64,000 nt of DNA from an uncultured Acidimicrobiia bacterium. GTDB lineage: Bacteria > Actinomycetota > Acidimicrobiia > Spongiisociales > JAENVV01. The notes under the pieces were generated by a model. That model was not told where the DNA came from. It searched no databases and saw nothing but the letters and a program-made list of their open reading frames with translations. Made by a program: the position numbers and the translations under genes. Location of the stretch: positions 126,604 through 190,603 of the forward strand of contig CAWKAG010000034.1 of assembly GCA_963847455.1 (NCBI GenBank), read 5' to 3'. Shown piece by piece: positions 30,232-41,000 of the stretch (positions are counted from its first letter, which is position 1; each line of letters opens with the position of its first letter).

Positions 30232-31731
30232 CTAGTTCGATCCCCATGCGTAAAAGAAGCCGTCGCGCGATCCGACGTAGATGTAGCCGTTGAATACCGT
30301 CGGGGTTGATTCTATGCAGCCGGACCCCAGAGGTTGCTCCCAAAGTCGTTGCGGAGCGAACGGTTGTGTGACGTCGTAGGCTCGAAGTGCGCCTCCAGCA
30401 TCACAATTCACTGCCACCAGCAGAGTTTGATCGATGAGAATCGGAGACGACCAGGCATGCCAACCGATTGGTTCCTGCCACATGATCTCACCAGTGTCGG
30501 TGTCGATGGCCAGGAGGTTGCCAGGGTGGGTACTGGCGTACAGCACGCCATTACCGAGCGCCGGCGTCGACCACAATCCTCCATCACCTCCATCGATGCC
30601 CGGAACCGACACCGACCACTCGATCGGATTGCCGTCAGTGAACGGGTTGAGCTTGACGATCTGTCCAACTTCGGCCGATCGTGGCAGGAATCGTTCCAAC
30701 TCGACGCTGATGTACACGAATCCTTCGTCATCGATTACGGGCGTGGCGTCGATGTCATCACCAGCCCAGAAGTCAAAAACGACTGGTGCTTCGCCTTGCC
30801 GGATGTTGCTGATGTCGAGTCCGACTACCCGACCTGCCGAGTTCGTAAAGTAGGCCCGTTGGTTGTGGATTGCGATGGAACTCTCAATCGATGCGTTGGA
30901 GTCACCGACCGCGTTAATCAGCTCCTGGTTCCAGCCGGCGACTTTGGCCAGGATTATCGGATCGACGGTCACGCGGCCAGCTTCGAGGGTTCGGTTGAGT
31001 TCGATCGCGAAGAAGAAGCCGTTTTCTCCGCCCTCATACAGGATGCCGTCCACGACCGAGGGGTTGGAATCCCAGTCGTTGTTCCAGATTCCGGGATGGT
31101 CTGCTGAGTCAAGACTCCAAATCTCGTACGGCACCTCCGTGTCGAGGCCGAGAATCCGCAGTTTGTTGTCTCGACTCCCAAAGTAGAGAAGCGGGAAACC
31201 GTCTGGATCGAGTGTCACTGAACCTTTGATGAGATCCCCGGTGACAAACGGAGGCCGGGTGTCGAGACCGGTCTCGGCGTCGACGAAATGAACGGCCCGG
31301 TCATAGGCGCCGAAAATGATTTCGGTGATACCGTCCGGGCGCACCCAGACGACCGGCTGGCCGGTCCACCCGGTCCCGCACCACTGGCGGGTCTCTTCGC
31401 CCACCGACGAACTCGAACACATGGCGCTGTCGGGATATCGCCAGACCACTTCGGGCCGATCGGGTATGGGACCCGAACCGTAATAGTTGCGTTGAGGATT
31501 GCCGCGGAACTGCAGGACCCCGTTGACGGTTCCCCACGGCCGACCGACTGACCCCGGTGGCTGCACGGTGGTGGTGGTGATTGTCGTCGGTGGTGGCCGG
31601 AAGACAGAAGTGGTGGGGGCGCCAGCCTGCTCCAGCGTGGTGGTCGTCGTCGACCGGTCCGGGTACGGATCGCCGAGAAAGTCGCAGGCTCCGACAGTGA
31701 GCAGGATCAGAGAGATCCAAATCAATCGCAT
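30232..31731 (-). CDS. PQQ-repeat beta-propeller lipoprotein
   Basis: The lipobox is LLTVGAC. It has a Thr/Pro-rich linker. It carries repeated PQQ-like blades (VYVGSRDGFFYAW, GVLYAST..GNLLAID). Confidence 0.7.
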   Translation of the reverse strand: MRLIWISLILLTVGACDFLGDPYPDRSTTTTTLEQAGAPTTSVFRPPPTTITTTTVQPPGSVGRPWGTVNGVLQFRGNPQRNYYGSGPIPDRPEVVWRYPDSAMCSSSSVGEETRQWCGTGWTGQPVVWVRPDGITEIIFGAYDRAVHFVDAETGLDTRPPFVTGDLIKGSVTLDPDGFPLLYFGSRDNKLRILGLDTEVPYEIWSLDSADHPGIWNNDWDSNPSVVDGILYEGGENGFFFAIELNRTLEAGRVTVDPIILAKVAGWNQELINAVGDSNASIESSIAIHNQRAYFTNSAGRVVGLDISNIRQGEAPVVFDFWAGDDIDATPVIDDEGFVYISVELERFLPRSAEVGQIVKLNPFTDGNPIEWSVSVPGIDGGDGGLWSTPALGNGVLYASTHPGNLLAIDTDTGEIMWQEPIGWHAWSSPILIDQTLLVAVNCDAGGALRAYDVTQPFAPQRLWEQPLGSGCIESTPTVFNGYIYVGSRDGFFYAWGSN

Positions 31732-31787
31732 CGTGGCAAGTTAGCGGGGGTTGTTTGATTTTTGACGTTCTCGCCTAACCTGCTCGG

Positions 31788-32675
31788 ATGGTTGGAACGC
31801 TACGAAGCCGGGTGGACTCGTCCGTGCCGGTTCGGTTCTTCCGCCGCCTCGGGGCTGCCGGTCCGTCCGTATTGGCGGCGGCCATCGCCTATAACCTGTT
31901 CTTCGCTCTGGTGCCTGCTCTGGCGTCGGTGGTTGTGGCCGCTTCGGTCTTTGGTCGTTCCGACGAGGTGCTCGAGGAGAGCCTGGCAACCCTCAGTCGG
32001 GTGGCCCCGTCCGACACGGTGCTGTTCATAGGCAGGGTGCTCGAAGATGTCGCGACATCGGTCAATCGGGCTCAGGACATTGTGATCGCCGTCACCGGAA
32101 TCGTGGCGTTGTGGCTGGGTTCGCGGGGAATTCATACCATTCAAGAGGTGTTGGCGAGAATCGCCGAACTGGAGGAGCGACGTCCCTGGATCATCGCCAA
32201 GCTGGTGTCGGTCTTACTGACGGCTGGTATCGCCGTAACCCTTGTGGTGTCGTCGCTGTTGGTAGTCGCCGGGGCGACAGTGGCAGAACGGCTCGATGTA
32301 TTCGTTGGCGGTAGCTGGCCGGTCGAAGCCTGGAACCTTGCTTCGGTGCCTGTGGCTGCCTTCTGTTTCTATCTATTCCTGGCCGCCCTCTACCGATGGG
32401 GACCGCCGGCGCGGTTTCCCCGGATGTGGCTTGCCTCGCTGCTTTCGACCATTGGAATCGTGGTCGCCTCACTCGGATTTCGTTTCTATCTGGATCGGGC
32501 GGGCGCTTCCGGGGCCACCACACTCGCCATTTTTGGTGCCGTGGCCGTCATGTTGTTGTGGCTGTACGTGATCGCTTACGTGATCATCGTTTCCGGTTCG
32601 ATCGCCGCCGGGGTAGCCCGTAGGGCTGCCCACCGGCAAGAGACCCGCGCAGAAGCGGAGCCGGCAATTGGTTGA
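31788..32675 (+). CDS. YihY/BrkB family membrane protein
   Basis: It has AAIAYNLFFALVPALA and 6 TM helices. The family signature is present. Confidence 0.75.
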   Translation: MVGTLRSRVDSSVPVRFFRRLGAAGPSVLAAAIAYNLFFALVPALASVVVAASVFGRSDEVLEESLATLSRVAPSDTVLFIGRVLEDVATSVNRAQDIVIAVTGIVALWLGSRGIHTIQEVLARIAELEERRPWIIAKLVSVLLTAGIAVTLVVSSLLVVAGATVAERLDVFVGGSWPVEAWNLASVPVAAFCFYLFLAALYRWGPPARFPRMWLASLLSTIGIVVASLGFRFYLDRAGASGATTLAIFGAVAVMLLWLYVIAYVIIVSGSIAAGVARRAAHRQETRAEAEPAIG

Positions 32676-34404
32676 CCCTGGCACGCGTCGCGGCATCCGA
32701 CTGCTGTTCTCGCTGTTGGCGAGCTACCGACGAGAGGCCATCTTGTCGACGTTGTCGGCATTGGTGTGGATGGTGATGGTGATTATCGGCCCCTACCTCA
32801 CCAAGGTCGTTATCGACCGCGCCATTGAAGGTGAACGCCGCGATCTCCTCCTGCCCTTGGTCGGTGCCGTTCTGGCGGCCGGTGTCATCAAAGCCCTGGG
32901 CGTAGGGGGGCGGCGCTACTTCGCCTTCCTTCTCTCATACCGTGCAGAAACCGATCTTCGTAACCGAATCTTCGAACACATTCAGCGTCTCGAGTTCAAT
33001 TATCACGACGAGGTTGCGACTGGGGAGCTGATGTCGCGTTCGTCGAGCGACCTATCGCAGGTGCGACTGGTATATGCGATGCTCCCGATCACCATTGCCA
33101 ACGTGGCGATGTTCGCGGTGGTTATAGCCGTCATGGTCTCGATAGACGCCACGCTTGGCGCTCTCGTGTCGCTGGCTGTGCCGATGCTGCTCTATATCGC
33201 CAACACCTACGCCAGGCGTGTCATTCACATCGCCACGGACGTCCAACAGAAGCTTGCGGACAATACGGCAGTTATCGCCGAAGCAATCGGTGGTATCCGG
33301 GTCGTCAAGTCGTATGGCCAGGAGGCCCAGGAGACCGAAAAGATCCATATGGCGGCGATTGGAATCTACGAGCGATCGATGGAGCTCATCAAGAACCGGG
33401 CGATCTTCATCCCGCTCTTTGAGCTGGTGGCGCCGATCGCAACTGCGGTGATTCTCGGGATGGGGGGTCTTCGGGTTATCGACGGCACCCTGACCCCGGG
33501 TGAGTTCTATCAGTTCGCTGAATACATGGTCATCCTAAACTTCCCGCTCCGTCTCACCGGATGGTTCTTTGCAGAGATTCCCCGAGCGTCGGCCGCTGGC
33601 GGTCGGGTGCTCGATCTCCTGAAAACGGCTCCCGAGATTGCGGACCCGGCGCACCCCGTCGACCTTCCGCCCGGGCCCGGAGATGTGCGATTCTCCAATG
33701 TTGCGTTCCGATATCCGGATGGCCCACCAGTGCTTGACGGGTTCGACCTGCACGTACCTGGGGGGCGTTCGGTAGCCCTGGTCGGGGCGACCGGATCGGG
33801 CAAGTCGACCGTGGCGTATTTGCTGGCCCGGTTCTACGACGTAACCGAGGGGACCGTGTCCTTGGACGGCGTGGATGTGCGGTCGGTTCGCCTGGAGGAA
33901 CTGCGCAACGAGGTGGCGGTCGTATTTGAGGAGACTTTTCTGTTCTCGGCTTCGATTCGCGACAACATCTCGTTCGGCAACCCGGAGGCAACCGATGAAC
34001 AGGTCCGCCTGGCTGCCCGCCTGGCTCAGGCTCATGGGTTCATCGCGGATACGGCCGATGGTTATGAGTCGATCATCGGCGAACGGGGGTATTCACTCTC
34101 CGGTGGGCAACGGCAACGGATCGCCCTCGCCCGCGCCGTGTTGCGCGACCCCCGGGTACTCATCCTCGATGACGCCACCTCGTCGGTCGACGCGGTCACC
34201 GAAGACGAGATTCGTGATGCGTTGAAAACCGTGATGGCCGGTCGGACGACCATCATTATCGCTCACCGGCCGTCGACGCTGGCGCTGGCTGACGAGGTTA
34301 TCTTCATCGACGAAGGCAAAGTGGTTGCGTCTGGCACCCACACCGACCTGCTGGAACGGGTTCCCCGGTACTCGGCAATTCTGGCTAACTCGGAGGTTGG
34401 CTGA
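32668..34404 (+). CDS. ABC transporter permease/ATP-binding protein (type I exporter half-transporter)
   Basis: It has a 6-TM domain, Walker A GATGSGKST, the signature LSGGQRQRIALARA and Walker B ILILDDATS. Confidence 0.9.
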   Translation: MVDPGTRRGIRLLFSLLASYRREAILSTLSALVWMVMVIIGPYLTKVVIDRAIEGERRDLLLPLVGAVLAAGVIKALGVGGRRYFAFLLSYRAETDLRNRIFEHIQRLEFNYHDEVATGELMSRSSSDLSQVRLVYAMLPITIANVAMFAVVIAVMVSIDATLGALVSLAVPMLLYIANTYARRVIHIATDVQQKLADNTAVIAEAIGGIRVVKSYGQEAQETEKIHMAAIGIYERSMELIKNRAIFIPLFELVAPIATAVILGMGGLRVIDGTLTPGEFYQFAEYMVILNFPLRLTGWFFAEIPRASAAGGRVLDLLKTAPEIADPAHPVDLPPGPGDVRFSNVAFRYPDGPPVLDGFDLHVPGGRSVALVGATGSGKSTVAYLLARFYDVTEGTVSLDGVDVRSVRLEELRNEVAVVFEETFLFSASIRDNISFGNPEATDEQVRLAARLAQAHGFIADTADGYESIIGERGYSLSGGQRQRIALARAVLRDPRVLILDDATSSVDAVTEDEIRDALKTVMAGRTTIIIAHRPSTLALADEVIFIDEGKVVASGTHTDLLERVPRYSAILANSEVG

Positions 34405-36179
34405 TGTACGCTCGTTTCGGCTCGGGCGAAGGACGTACCGAAGGTACCTGGGAGCTGCTGCGCAAGGCTGCATCGTATGGAAAAGGCCTTGGCTGGGTGG
34501 CCACCGGGGCCCTGTTCGCCACGATTCTTGCCACGGTCGCCCGCCTGGCAGGACCCGCCTACGTTCGGCAGGGTCTCGACGCAGTCGACGTAGCGGACCG
34601 CCAGGCCCTGTTCCAGGCGGTTTGGTGGTTCGTAGGAGCGCTGGTGTTGCAGTACATCAGCCAGGCGATCTCGCAGTACTGGGTCTCGGGGGTGGGCGAG
34701 CGATACCTCGCCGACCTTCGGGTCCGCGCCTTTCGACACCTGATCGATCTCGACGTCGACTTTTTCTCACGATCGAAGGCCGGCGTACTGGTTAGTCGCC
34801 TGACGTCTGACATAGAGGCTCTGACGCAGTTTGTGAAAGAAGGTGCCATCAACGTGGTCACGTCGGTGCTCACCGTGATTGGCGTAACGATCGCCATGTT
34901 CCTCATCGACACATCGATGGCCCTAGCGGTGTTGGCCCTCATGCCGATTCTTCTGGCGGTTTCAGTGGTGTTTCGGATCTATGCCGACCGGGCCTACGAG
35001 CAGGTTCGCGAGCACATCGGGCGGGTGCTTGGGGCCATCCAGGAAGGCATCTCGGGAGTGCGGGTGGTGCAGGCATACACCCAGGAACACCGTCAGAAGA
35101 TGGAATTCGGGAGAGTCAACGAGCGGTACTTTGACGCGAACATCGCCGCTGCCAAAGCCATCTCCGCCTACTTCCCGGCTGTCGACTTTCTCCGTACGTC
35201 AGGTTTGGCGCTCATTCTGGTAGTTGGTGGCAACCGGGTACTTGACGGTGAGATGAGCTTCGGTGCACTCGTGGCGTTCCTTCTGTACTTGAACTGGTTC
35301 TTCGAGCCGATCGTGCAGATCTCCAATCTTTACAACCTGCTTCAGGCTGCCCTGGCTGCTCTGTCCAAGTTGCTGGGAATCCTCGATCGTGAGCCGGCCG
35401 TGCCGGAAGCAACCGAGCCGGTGCGGCTACCAGAGATCCTTGGCAAGCTCACCTTCGATTCCGTCACGTTCGCCTACGACCCGGCCGTGCCGATTCTGCA
35501 CGGCATCGACCTGGAGATCGAAGCCGGGGAACGTATCGCCATCGTGGGCGAGACCGGTTCCGGAAAATCAACGCTCGCCAAGCTAGCGGTGCGCTTTTAT
35601 GACCCCGTGGGAGGAGCGATCCGTCTCGACGATGTTGACCTACTCTCGATAGGCTTCGAGGACTTGCGGCGGGGCGTATCGCTCGTGCCCCAGGAAGGGT
35701 TTCTCTTCGCCGGGACGCTGCGGGACAACATCCGGTACGCCAGACCTCATGCGACTGACGAGGAAATCTGGAAGGTGTGCTCCACGCTCGGCATCGCCGA
35801 ATGGGTGGGGATCCTTCCCGATCAACTGGATACTGAGGTTCGCGAGCGCGGGTCCCGCTTCTCGTCCGGTGAGCGCCAGTTGGTTGCCCTGGCCCGGGCT
35901 CTCCTGGCGGGTCCCAGCGTGATCGTGATGGACGAAGCAACGTCGAATCTCGACCCGGAGACCGAAGGGATCGTCGAGGCAGCTTTGGCAACGCTGCTGG
36001 AAGGACGCACGGCCATCGTCATTGCCCACCGGCTTGCCACCGCCGAACGTGCCGACCGGGTGGTCGTCATGGACGATGGTCGGATCGTTGAAGTCGGCCA
36101 TCACTCCGAACTAGTCGCGGCGGCTGGACCCTACGCCAGACTGAGCGAGGTCTGGCAAGCCGCCCAGACCAGCGACTGA
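34404..36179 (+). CDS. ABC transporter permease/ATP-binding protein, heterodimer partner
   Basis: It has GETGSGKST, FSSGERQLVALARA and VIVMDEATS. Its start overlaps the upstream stop. Confidence 0.9.
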   Translation: MYARFGSGEGRTEGTWELLRKAASYGKGLGWVATGALFATILATVARLAGPAYVRQGLDAVDVADRQALFQAVWWFVGALVLQYISQAISQYWVSGVGERYLADLRVRAFRHLIDLDVDFFSRSKAGVLVSRLTSDIEALTQFVKEGAINVVTSVLTVIGVTIAMFLIDTSMALAVLALMPILLAVSVVFRIYADRAYEQVREHIGRVLGAIQEGISGVRVVQAYTQEHRQKMEFGRVNERYFDANIAAAKAISAYFPAVDFLRTSGLALILVVGGNRVLDGEMSFGALVAFLLYLNWFFEPIVQISNLYNLLQAALAALSKLLGILDREPAVPEATEPVRLPEILGKLTFDSVTFAYDPAVPILHGIDLEIEAGERIAIVGETGSGKSTLAKLAVRFYDPVGGAIRLDDVDLLSIGFEDLRRGVSLVPQEGFLFAGTLRDNIRYARPHATDEEIWKVCSTLGIAEWVGILPDQLDTEVRERGSRFSSGERQLVALARALLAGPSVIVMDEATSNLDPETEGIVEAALATLLEGRTAIVIAHRLATAERADRVVVMDDGRIVEVGHHSELVAAAGPYARLSEVWQAAQTSD

Positions 36180-36300
36180 TTCAAGATTTCCCGCCCCGGG
36201 TCCGATAAAACCACTGTTAGTGAATTTATGCTGGGTTTCGGTGTAACACGTCGGGAGCTGGTGCTACTTAACCGGTGGACACCAAAAGGGAGTAACAGCG

Positions 36301-36894
36301 ATGCCAAAGAAGTTTTTGATGGCGGTTGTCGCCATGTCGGTTGCGATGGCTGGCGCGCTGCCGGCGGTCGCCGACGAGCACGAGCCAATCAAGGTTTATG
36401 ACGAAGAGCAGCACATCCTGATGTTCGCCGTGGATGGCGAGTGCATGCTCGACGCCGAGATGGACATTACCTTTATGGTTGACGACGAGACCGGCGAGAT
36501 CACGCCCAAGGTAGAGGAAGCAATCGTCGAGGACGCTACTGATCTCGAACCAGTCGTACCTGACGAGGAAGCTATGGACCCGCTCGAAGGCTGCTACCCG
36601 TTCTCGGTCGAAGGACCGAACGGTCAGGTGAACCACGGCACGTTTGTCTCCAACCTGATGCACGCTCTCAAGGAGATGGGTATCAAGGGCTCTGACAAGA
36701 AAGAGTTCAAAGCGGCGCTCAAGGGCTATGGCAAGGGCGATATGCAGGTCAAGGTCAAGGACGTCGATGACGAAACGACCCTCGAAGACGGCGAGTCGTT
36801 GGATTCCGAGAAGGTCAAGCCTGCGAAAGCGGAGAAATCCAACAAGGGCCAGATGAAAAAAGCGAATAAGGCGAACAAAGGTCAAAACAAGTAG
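36301..36894 (+). CDS. Secreted highly acidic protein with a lysine-rich C-terminal tail, function unknown
   Basis: It has a signal peptide (MPKKFLMAVVAMSVAMAGALPAVA), a D/E-rich body and a tail KVKPAKAEKSNKGQMKKANKANKGQNK. The upstream region is AT-richer. Confidence 0.55.
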   Translation: MPKKFLMAVVAMSVAMAGALPAVADEHEPIKVYDEEQHILMFAVDGECMLDAEMDITFMVDDETGEITPKVEEAIVEDATDLEPVVPDEEAMDPLEGCYPFSVEGPNGQVNHGTFVSNLMHALKEMGIKGSDKKEFKAALKGYGKGDMQVKVKDVDDETTLEDGESLDSEKVKPAKAEKSNKGQMKKANKANKGQNK

Positions 36895-36928
36895 CGATTA
36901 CGCAGAGTGATATCGGGTACATGACAAC

Positions 36929-36968
36929 GGAAGGGGTAGCCTGCGGGCTATCCCTTCCCGTTTTCTTT
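36929..36968 (+). terminator. Rho-independent terminator
   Basis: A 13-bp stem GGAAGGGGTAGCC/GGCTATCCCTTCC (one G·U pair) with loop TGCG is followed by CGTTTTCTTT. Confidence 0.6.
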
Positions 36969-37006
36969 ACGGGACGTGGGTTTCAGGGTAATGTCGAGGA
37001 TCGTGC

Positions 37007-37567
37007 ATGGATAGGTGGGGAAAGCTTTTGACACCGTTAGTGGTGGCGGTCGCCCTTCTGGGCGGCCTTATCGCGCCGAACGTGGCGTTGGCCCTCGCCT
37101 TGCCAGGTGACGAATTTGTGCTCACGTTTCCACAGTTGGATCCGGATACGAGGTTCTTGTCGGAGTATGGCGTCAGCAAACCCGACGGCCGCACCCATCG
37201 CGGAGTGGATTTGTTCGCCAGTCGTGGGTCCGAAGTGGTTGCTGGCGCCGATGGCTTTGTGCAGAAGATCCAGCGGGGGAGTCGAGCTGGTCTCTACGTC
37301 GTCCTGACCCATGCCGATGGCTATGAGACGTGGTACTTGCACCTTGGCTCGTTCGCCGATGGGATTGAAGTTGGCGACCCGGTCGCCGCCGGAGATGTGG
37401 TTGGCTACGTCGGCTCGACGGGCAACGCCGCCGGTACGTCACCCCACACCCACTTTGAGATTCACAAGAATGGCCGCCCGATTGATCCGTACCCGTTTTT
37501 GAGGGCTTCGTTCGAGCGGTGGGTCTTGAGCCGGCAGATCGAGGCAGGCGAGACACCGTTCAGGTAG
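37007..37567 (+). CDS. M23 family metallopeptidase
   Basis: It has a signal peptide, HRGVDL and TGNAAGTSPHTHFEI. Confidence 0.85.
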   Translation: MDRWGKLLTPLVVAVALLGGLIAPNVALALALPGDEFVLTFPQLDPDTRFLSEYGVSKPDGRTHRGVDLFASRGSEVVAGADGFVQKIQRGSRAGLYVVLTHADGYETWYLHLGSFADGIEVGDPVAAGDVVGYVGSTGNAAGTSPHTHFEIHKNGRPIDPYPFLRASFERWVLSRQIEAGETPFR

Positions 37568-37578
37568 GGGTCGGCCCG

Positions 37579-38049
37579 TTACAGGGCCGTGTCGAGGTCC
37601 GAGACTTCGTCAAGAGCAACGACCCGGTCTGCGATGTCGCGGTTGCTCAGTCCGGCGCCCGTTATCACGGCGATTTCGTTGGCGGAGATCCGGGACCCTG
37701 AACCGGTGGTGTCGGCATCCTCGACCCAGATGATTCGCCGGGCACCTGCCATGGTGATCGCTTCCTGCCACTGCTCGAACACCTGAGCTGGAGTGGAACA
37801 GAATGCGCGCTCGTGGGTATCGGTCGCCGCGGCGCAAATGAACACGATGGAAAAACAATTGAGACCGGCGGCGCCTACGTGGGACCCATCCGAAACGTCC
37901 CCGAGCGCAACTTTGGCCGGACGGGACCGCAGGTCGGCGGCCACTTCCACGTCGGTGACAAAACAGCGAAGCTCTCCCTCACGGTTGGTCAAAGCATCCA
38001 CAACGGACGCCCCGACCGGGGTATCGGCTCCTACGACAAGTACAGGCAC
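37579..38049 (-). CDS. Small NAD(P)-binding (NmrA/atypical SDR-like) domain protein
   Basis: The N-terminus has a VLVVGADTPVG Rossmann-like motif. It is only 156 aa. Confidence 0.35.
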   Translation of the reverse strand: MPVLVVGADTPVGASVVDALTNREGELRCFVTDVEVAADLRSRPAKVALGDVSDGSHVGAAGLNCFSIVFICAAATDTHERAFCSTPAQVFEQWQEAITMAGARRIIWVEDADTTGSGSRISANEIAVITGAGLSNRDIADRVVALDEVSDLDTAL

Positions 38050-38083
38050 CCGGGAAGTGTACCTGACCGGAGTATGCGCATAG

Positions 38084-41000
38084 GTGAGTAGTATGCATCT
38101 CGTGAAAGCCCGATTTGATAGCTTCTTGTCCGCCCGGGCTCCGTTTGCTGACCTGCCGTTGCATGATCCTCATGCACACCGGGACGCATGCGGGGTCGGG
38201 TTTATCGCGGCACGTGACGGACAATCCACTCACCGGATGCTACGCCTGGCCGTCGACTGTTTGAAGCGGCTCGACCATCGGGGTGCCCGGGCAGCCGATG
38301 GCACAGGGGACGGTGCCGGGATGCTCACAGAAATACCGTTCGAGATTTTTCGCAGGGAGTTACGGCTGAGAGGCATCGAAGCCCCGGCTCGCGACAGGTT
38401 CGGCGTTGTCATGGTTTTTCTGACGCCAGGCCGTGAGGAGGAAAGCCGCTCGCTGGTCGAAGGGGCGCTCGATTACGAAGGCATTACCGTGCTCGGGTGG
38501 CGAACCGTACCCGTCGATAGGGCCAGCCTGGGCAGGCAGGCGGCTGAATCCATGCCAGTCATCATGCAGGTTATGGTCCAGGCCCCTGATGGTGTGGTCG
38601 ACCAGGACGATTTTGAACGCCGCCTGTTCCTGTCGCGGAAGTACTGCGAGCGCCAGGCCGAACCCCGCCGGCTTCCCGGGTTCTCGATTGCGTCGGCCTC
38701 AACGAGAACGGTCGTATATAAGGGGCTATTCGCGGCCGAATACGTGGCCGACTTCTACTGGGATCTTCAAGACCCTTCGTTCACCACGTCGTTCGCAATC
38801 TTTCACCAGCGCTACAGCACCAACACCGTTCCTGCCTGGGAGTTCGCTCAGCCGCTGCGGGCGCTGGCACACAACGGTGAAATCAACACGGTCATGTCGA
38901 ATCGGGCATGGATGCAGGCCAGGGAAGTCAACGTCACCTCTCCGGTGTTCGGCGAGCGGGCCCGGGACCTCCGACCGTTCCTTGAACCAAGGCAGTCAGA
39001 CTCCGGCAGCCTCGACAATGCGTTCGAGCTGCTCGTTCGATCGGGGCGGAGCCTGCCGCATGTCAAAGAGATGCTTATGCCGGCCGCATGGGAGAACGTC
39101 GCCGATCTCGACCCATCATTGCGGGCCTTCTATGAATATCACGCTTTCCTGACGGAGCCGTGGGACGGGCCGGCGGCGATCGCCGCTACCAACGGCACGG
39201 CCTTGATTGCGGGAATGGACCGCAATGGTCTCAGGCCAGCCCGTTGGACGCTGACGGCGAACGTGTTCCTGGTCGCTTCAGAGGCCGGGGTCTGTCCCGA
39301 AGAGGAGGCAGAAGCGTTGCGATCCGGTCAGCTTGGACCGGGACAGTTTGCCTATTTTGATCCGGCGAGCGACACGCTCGAGTTCTCCGCTGATGTCCTT
39401 CCCCGACTGGCCGGTCAGCGACCGTACGGCGAGTGGATCAACACGTCGACGTTCTATGTGCAGGATCCATTCGACCCGCTCCAGGATGATCGGTTCGATG
39501 CTGAGCGGTTCGGTCGGGTGTTTGACTACACCCCCGAGGAACGTCGCATGATCCTCGAACCGATGGCCGAGGGTAAAACGCCCACCGGTTCGATGGGTTC
39601 GGACACCCCGGTCGCCGTTCTTTCCGAGAGCCCTCGCCGGTTGTCCCACTACTTCCATCAGCTGTTTGCCCAGGTCACCAACCCGCCGATGGACCCAATC
39701 CGTGAAAAGCTAGTCATGTCTTTGCGCACCTATTTGGGCAAGCGCGGTTCGTTGCTCGAGGAAACGTCTCAACAGGCTTCACTTATTGAGCTGGCTTCGC
39801 CGATTCTTTCCGACGCTGAACTGGAGCACATCGTTCGACTCGACGATCCGAGGTTTTTCTCGTACTGGATCGCGTCGGTCTTCCATGCCGCCAGCGGACC
39901 CGACCGTCTGGCCGAGCGCCTTGCAGAGATATGCGACGAAGCCGTCGAGGCAGTGCGAGGGGGAGCCACGATTGTGGTGCTCTCGGACCGGGAGGTTGAC
40001 GAGGAGCACGCCGCCCTCCCGATGCCACTGGTGGTTTCGGCCTTGCATCATCGGTTGATCACTGAAGGCATCCGCTTGGACGCATCGATTGTGTGTGTGT
40101 CGGGTGAGACCCGAACCGACCATGACCTTGCGGTGTTGTTGGGCTTCGGTGCGTCAGCCGTGAATCCGTACCTGGCGATTGAGCAGGTGCGAGAGTTGGC
40201 AGCATCTGATGCGGTGGCAGTGGATCCGGTGGTCGCCCAGGAGAACTACCGGATGGCTTTGCGCAATGGGCTGCTCAAGATCTTCTCAAAGATGGGTATC
40301 TGCACGATTAGTGCCTATCGGGGCTCCGAGCTCTTCGAGGTGATCGGGCTCGGAGACGACGTATGTGCTTTGGCCTTCAAGAATGCCCCTCGTCGGCTCG
40401 GGGGGATTTCGCTGGCGGACCTTGGGAGACAAGCCCTTGCACAGCATGGTCGCTACGAATCCGGCGCTGACAATGTTGGAGGGTTCTACAAGTACCGCAG
40501 AGGTGGGGCGGTGCACGTCACGAGTCCGTCGGTCGTCCTTCAGCTGCAGAAAGCAGTCCGCTCCGGGAAGATGGACAGTTGGGCATCGTACGTGTCGACC
40601 ATAGAGGATCGGCCACCTTCGCAGATCCGCGACCTGCTGACGTTTGTTTCGCGGCGACCCGTACCGGTCGAGGAGGTCGAGCCCGCTGAAAGGATCATGC
40701 GGAGGTTTGTCACCGCGGCCATGTCACTGGGGGCGTTGTCGCGCGAAGCGCACGAGGCATTAGCGCAGGCGATGGCCACGATCGGTGGACTGTCCAATTC
40801 GGGTGAAGGAGGAGAGGACGCGGCCCGCTATGACAATTCGCGTAACTCGGTCATCAAGCAGATCGCTTCGGGAAGGTTCGGGGTCACACCGGCCTATCTG
40901 GCGTCCGCCGAGGAGTTCCAGATCAAAATGGCGCAAGGCTCCAAGCCGGGGGAGGGAGGCCAACTTCCCGGACATAAAGTGACCGAGGAGATTGCCCGGC

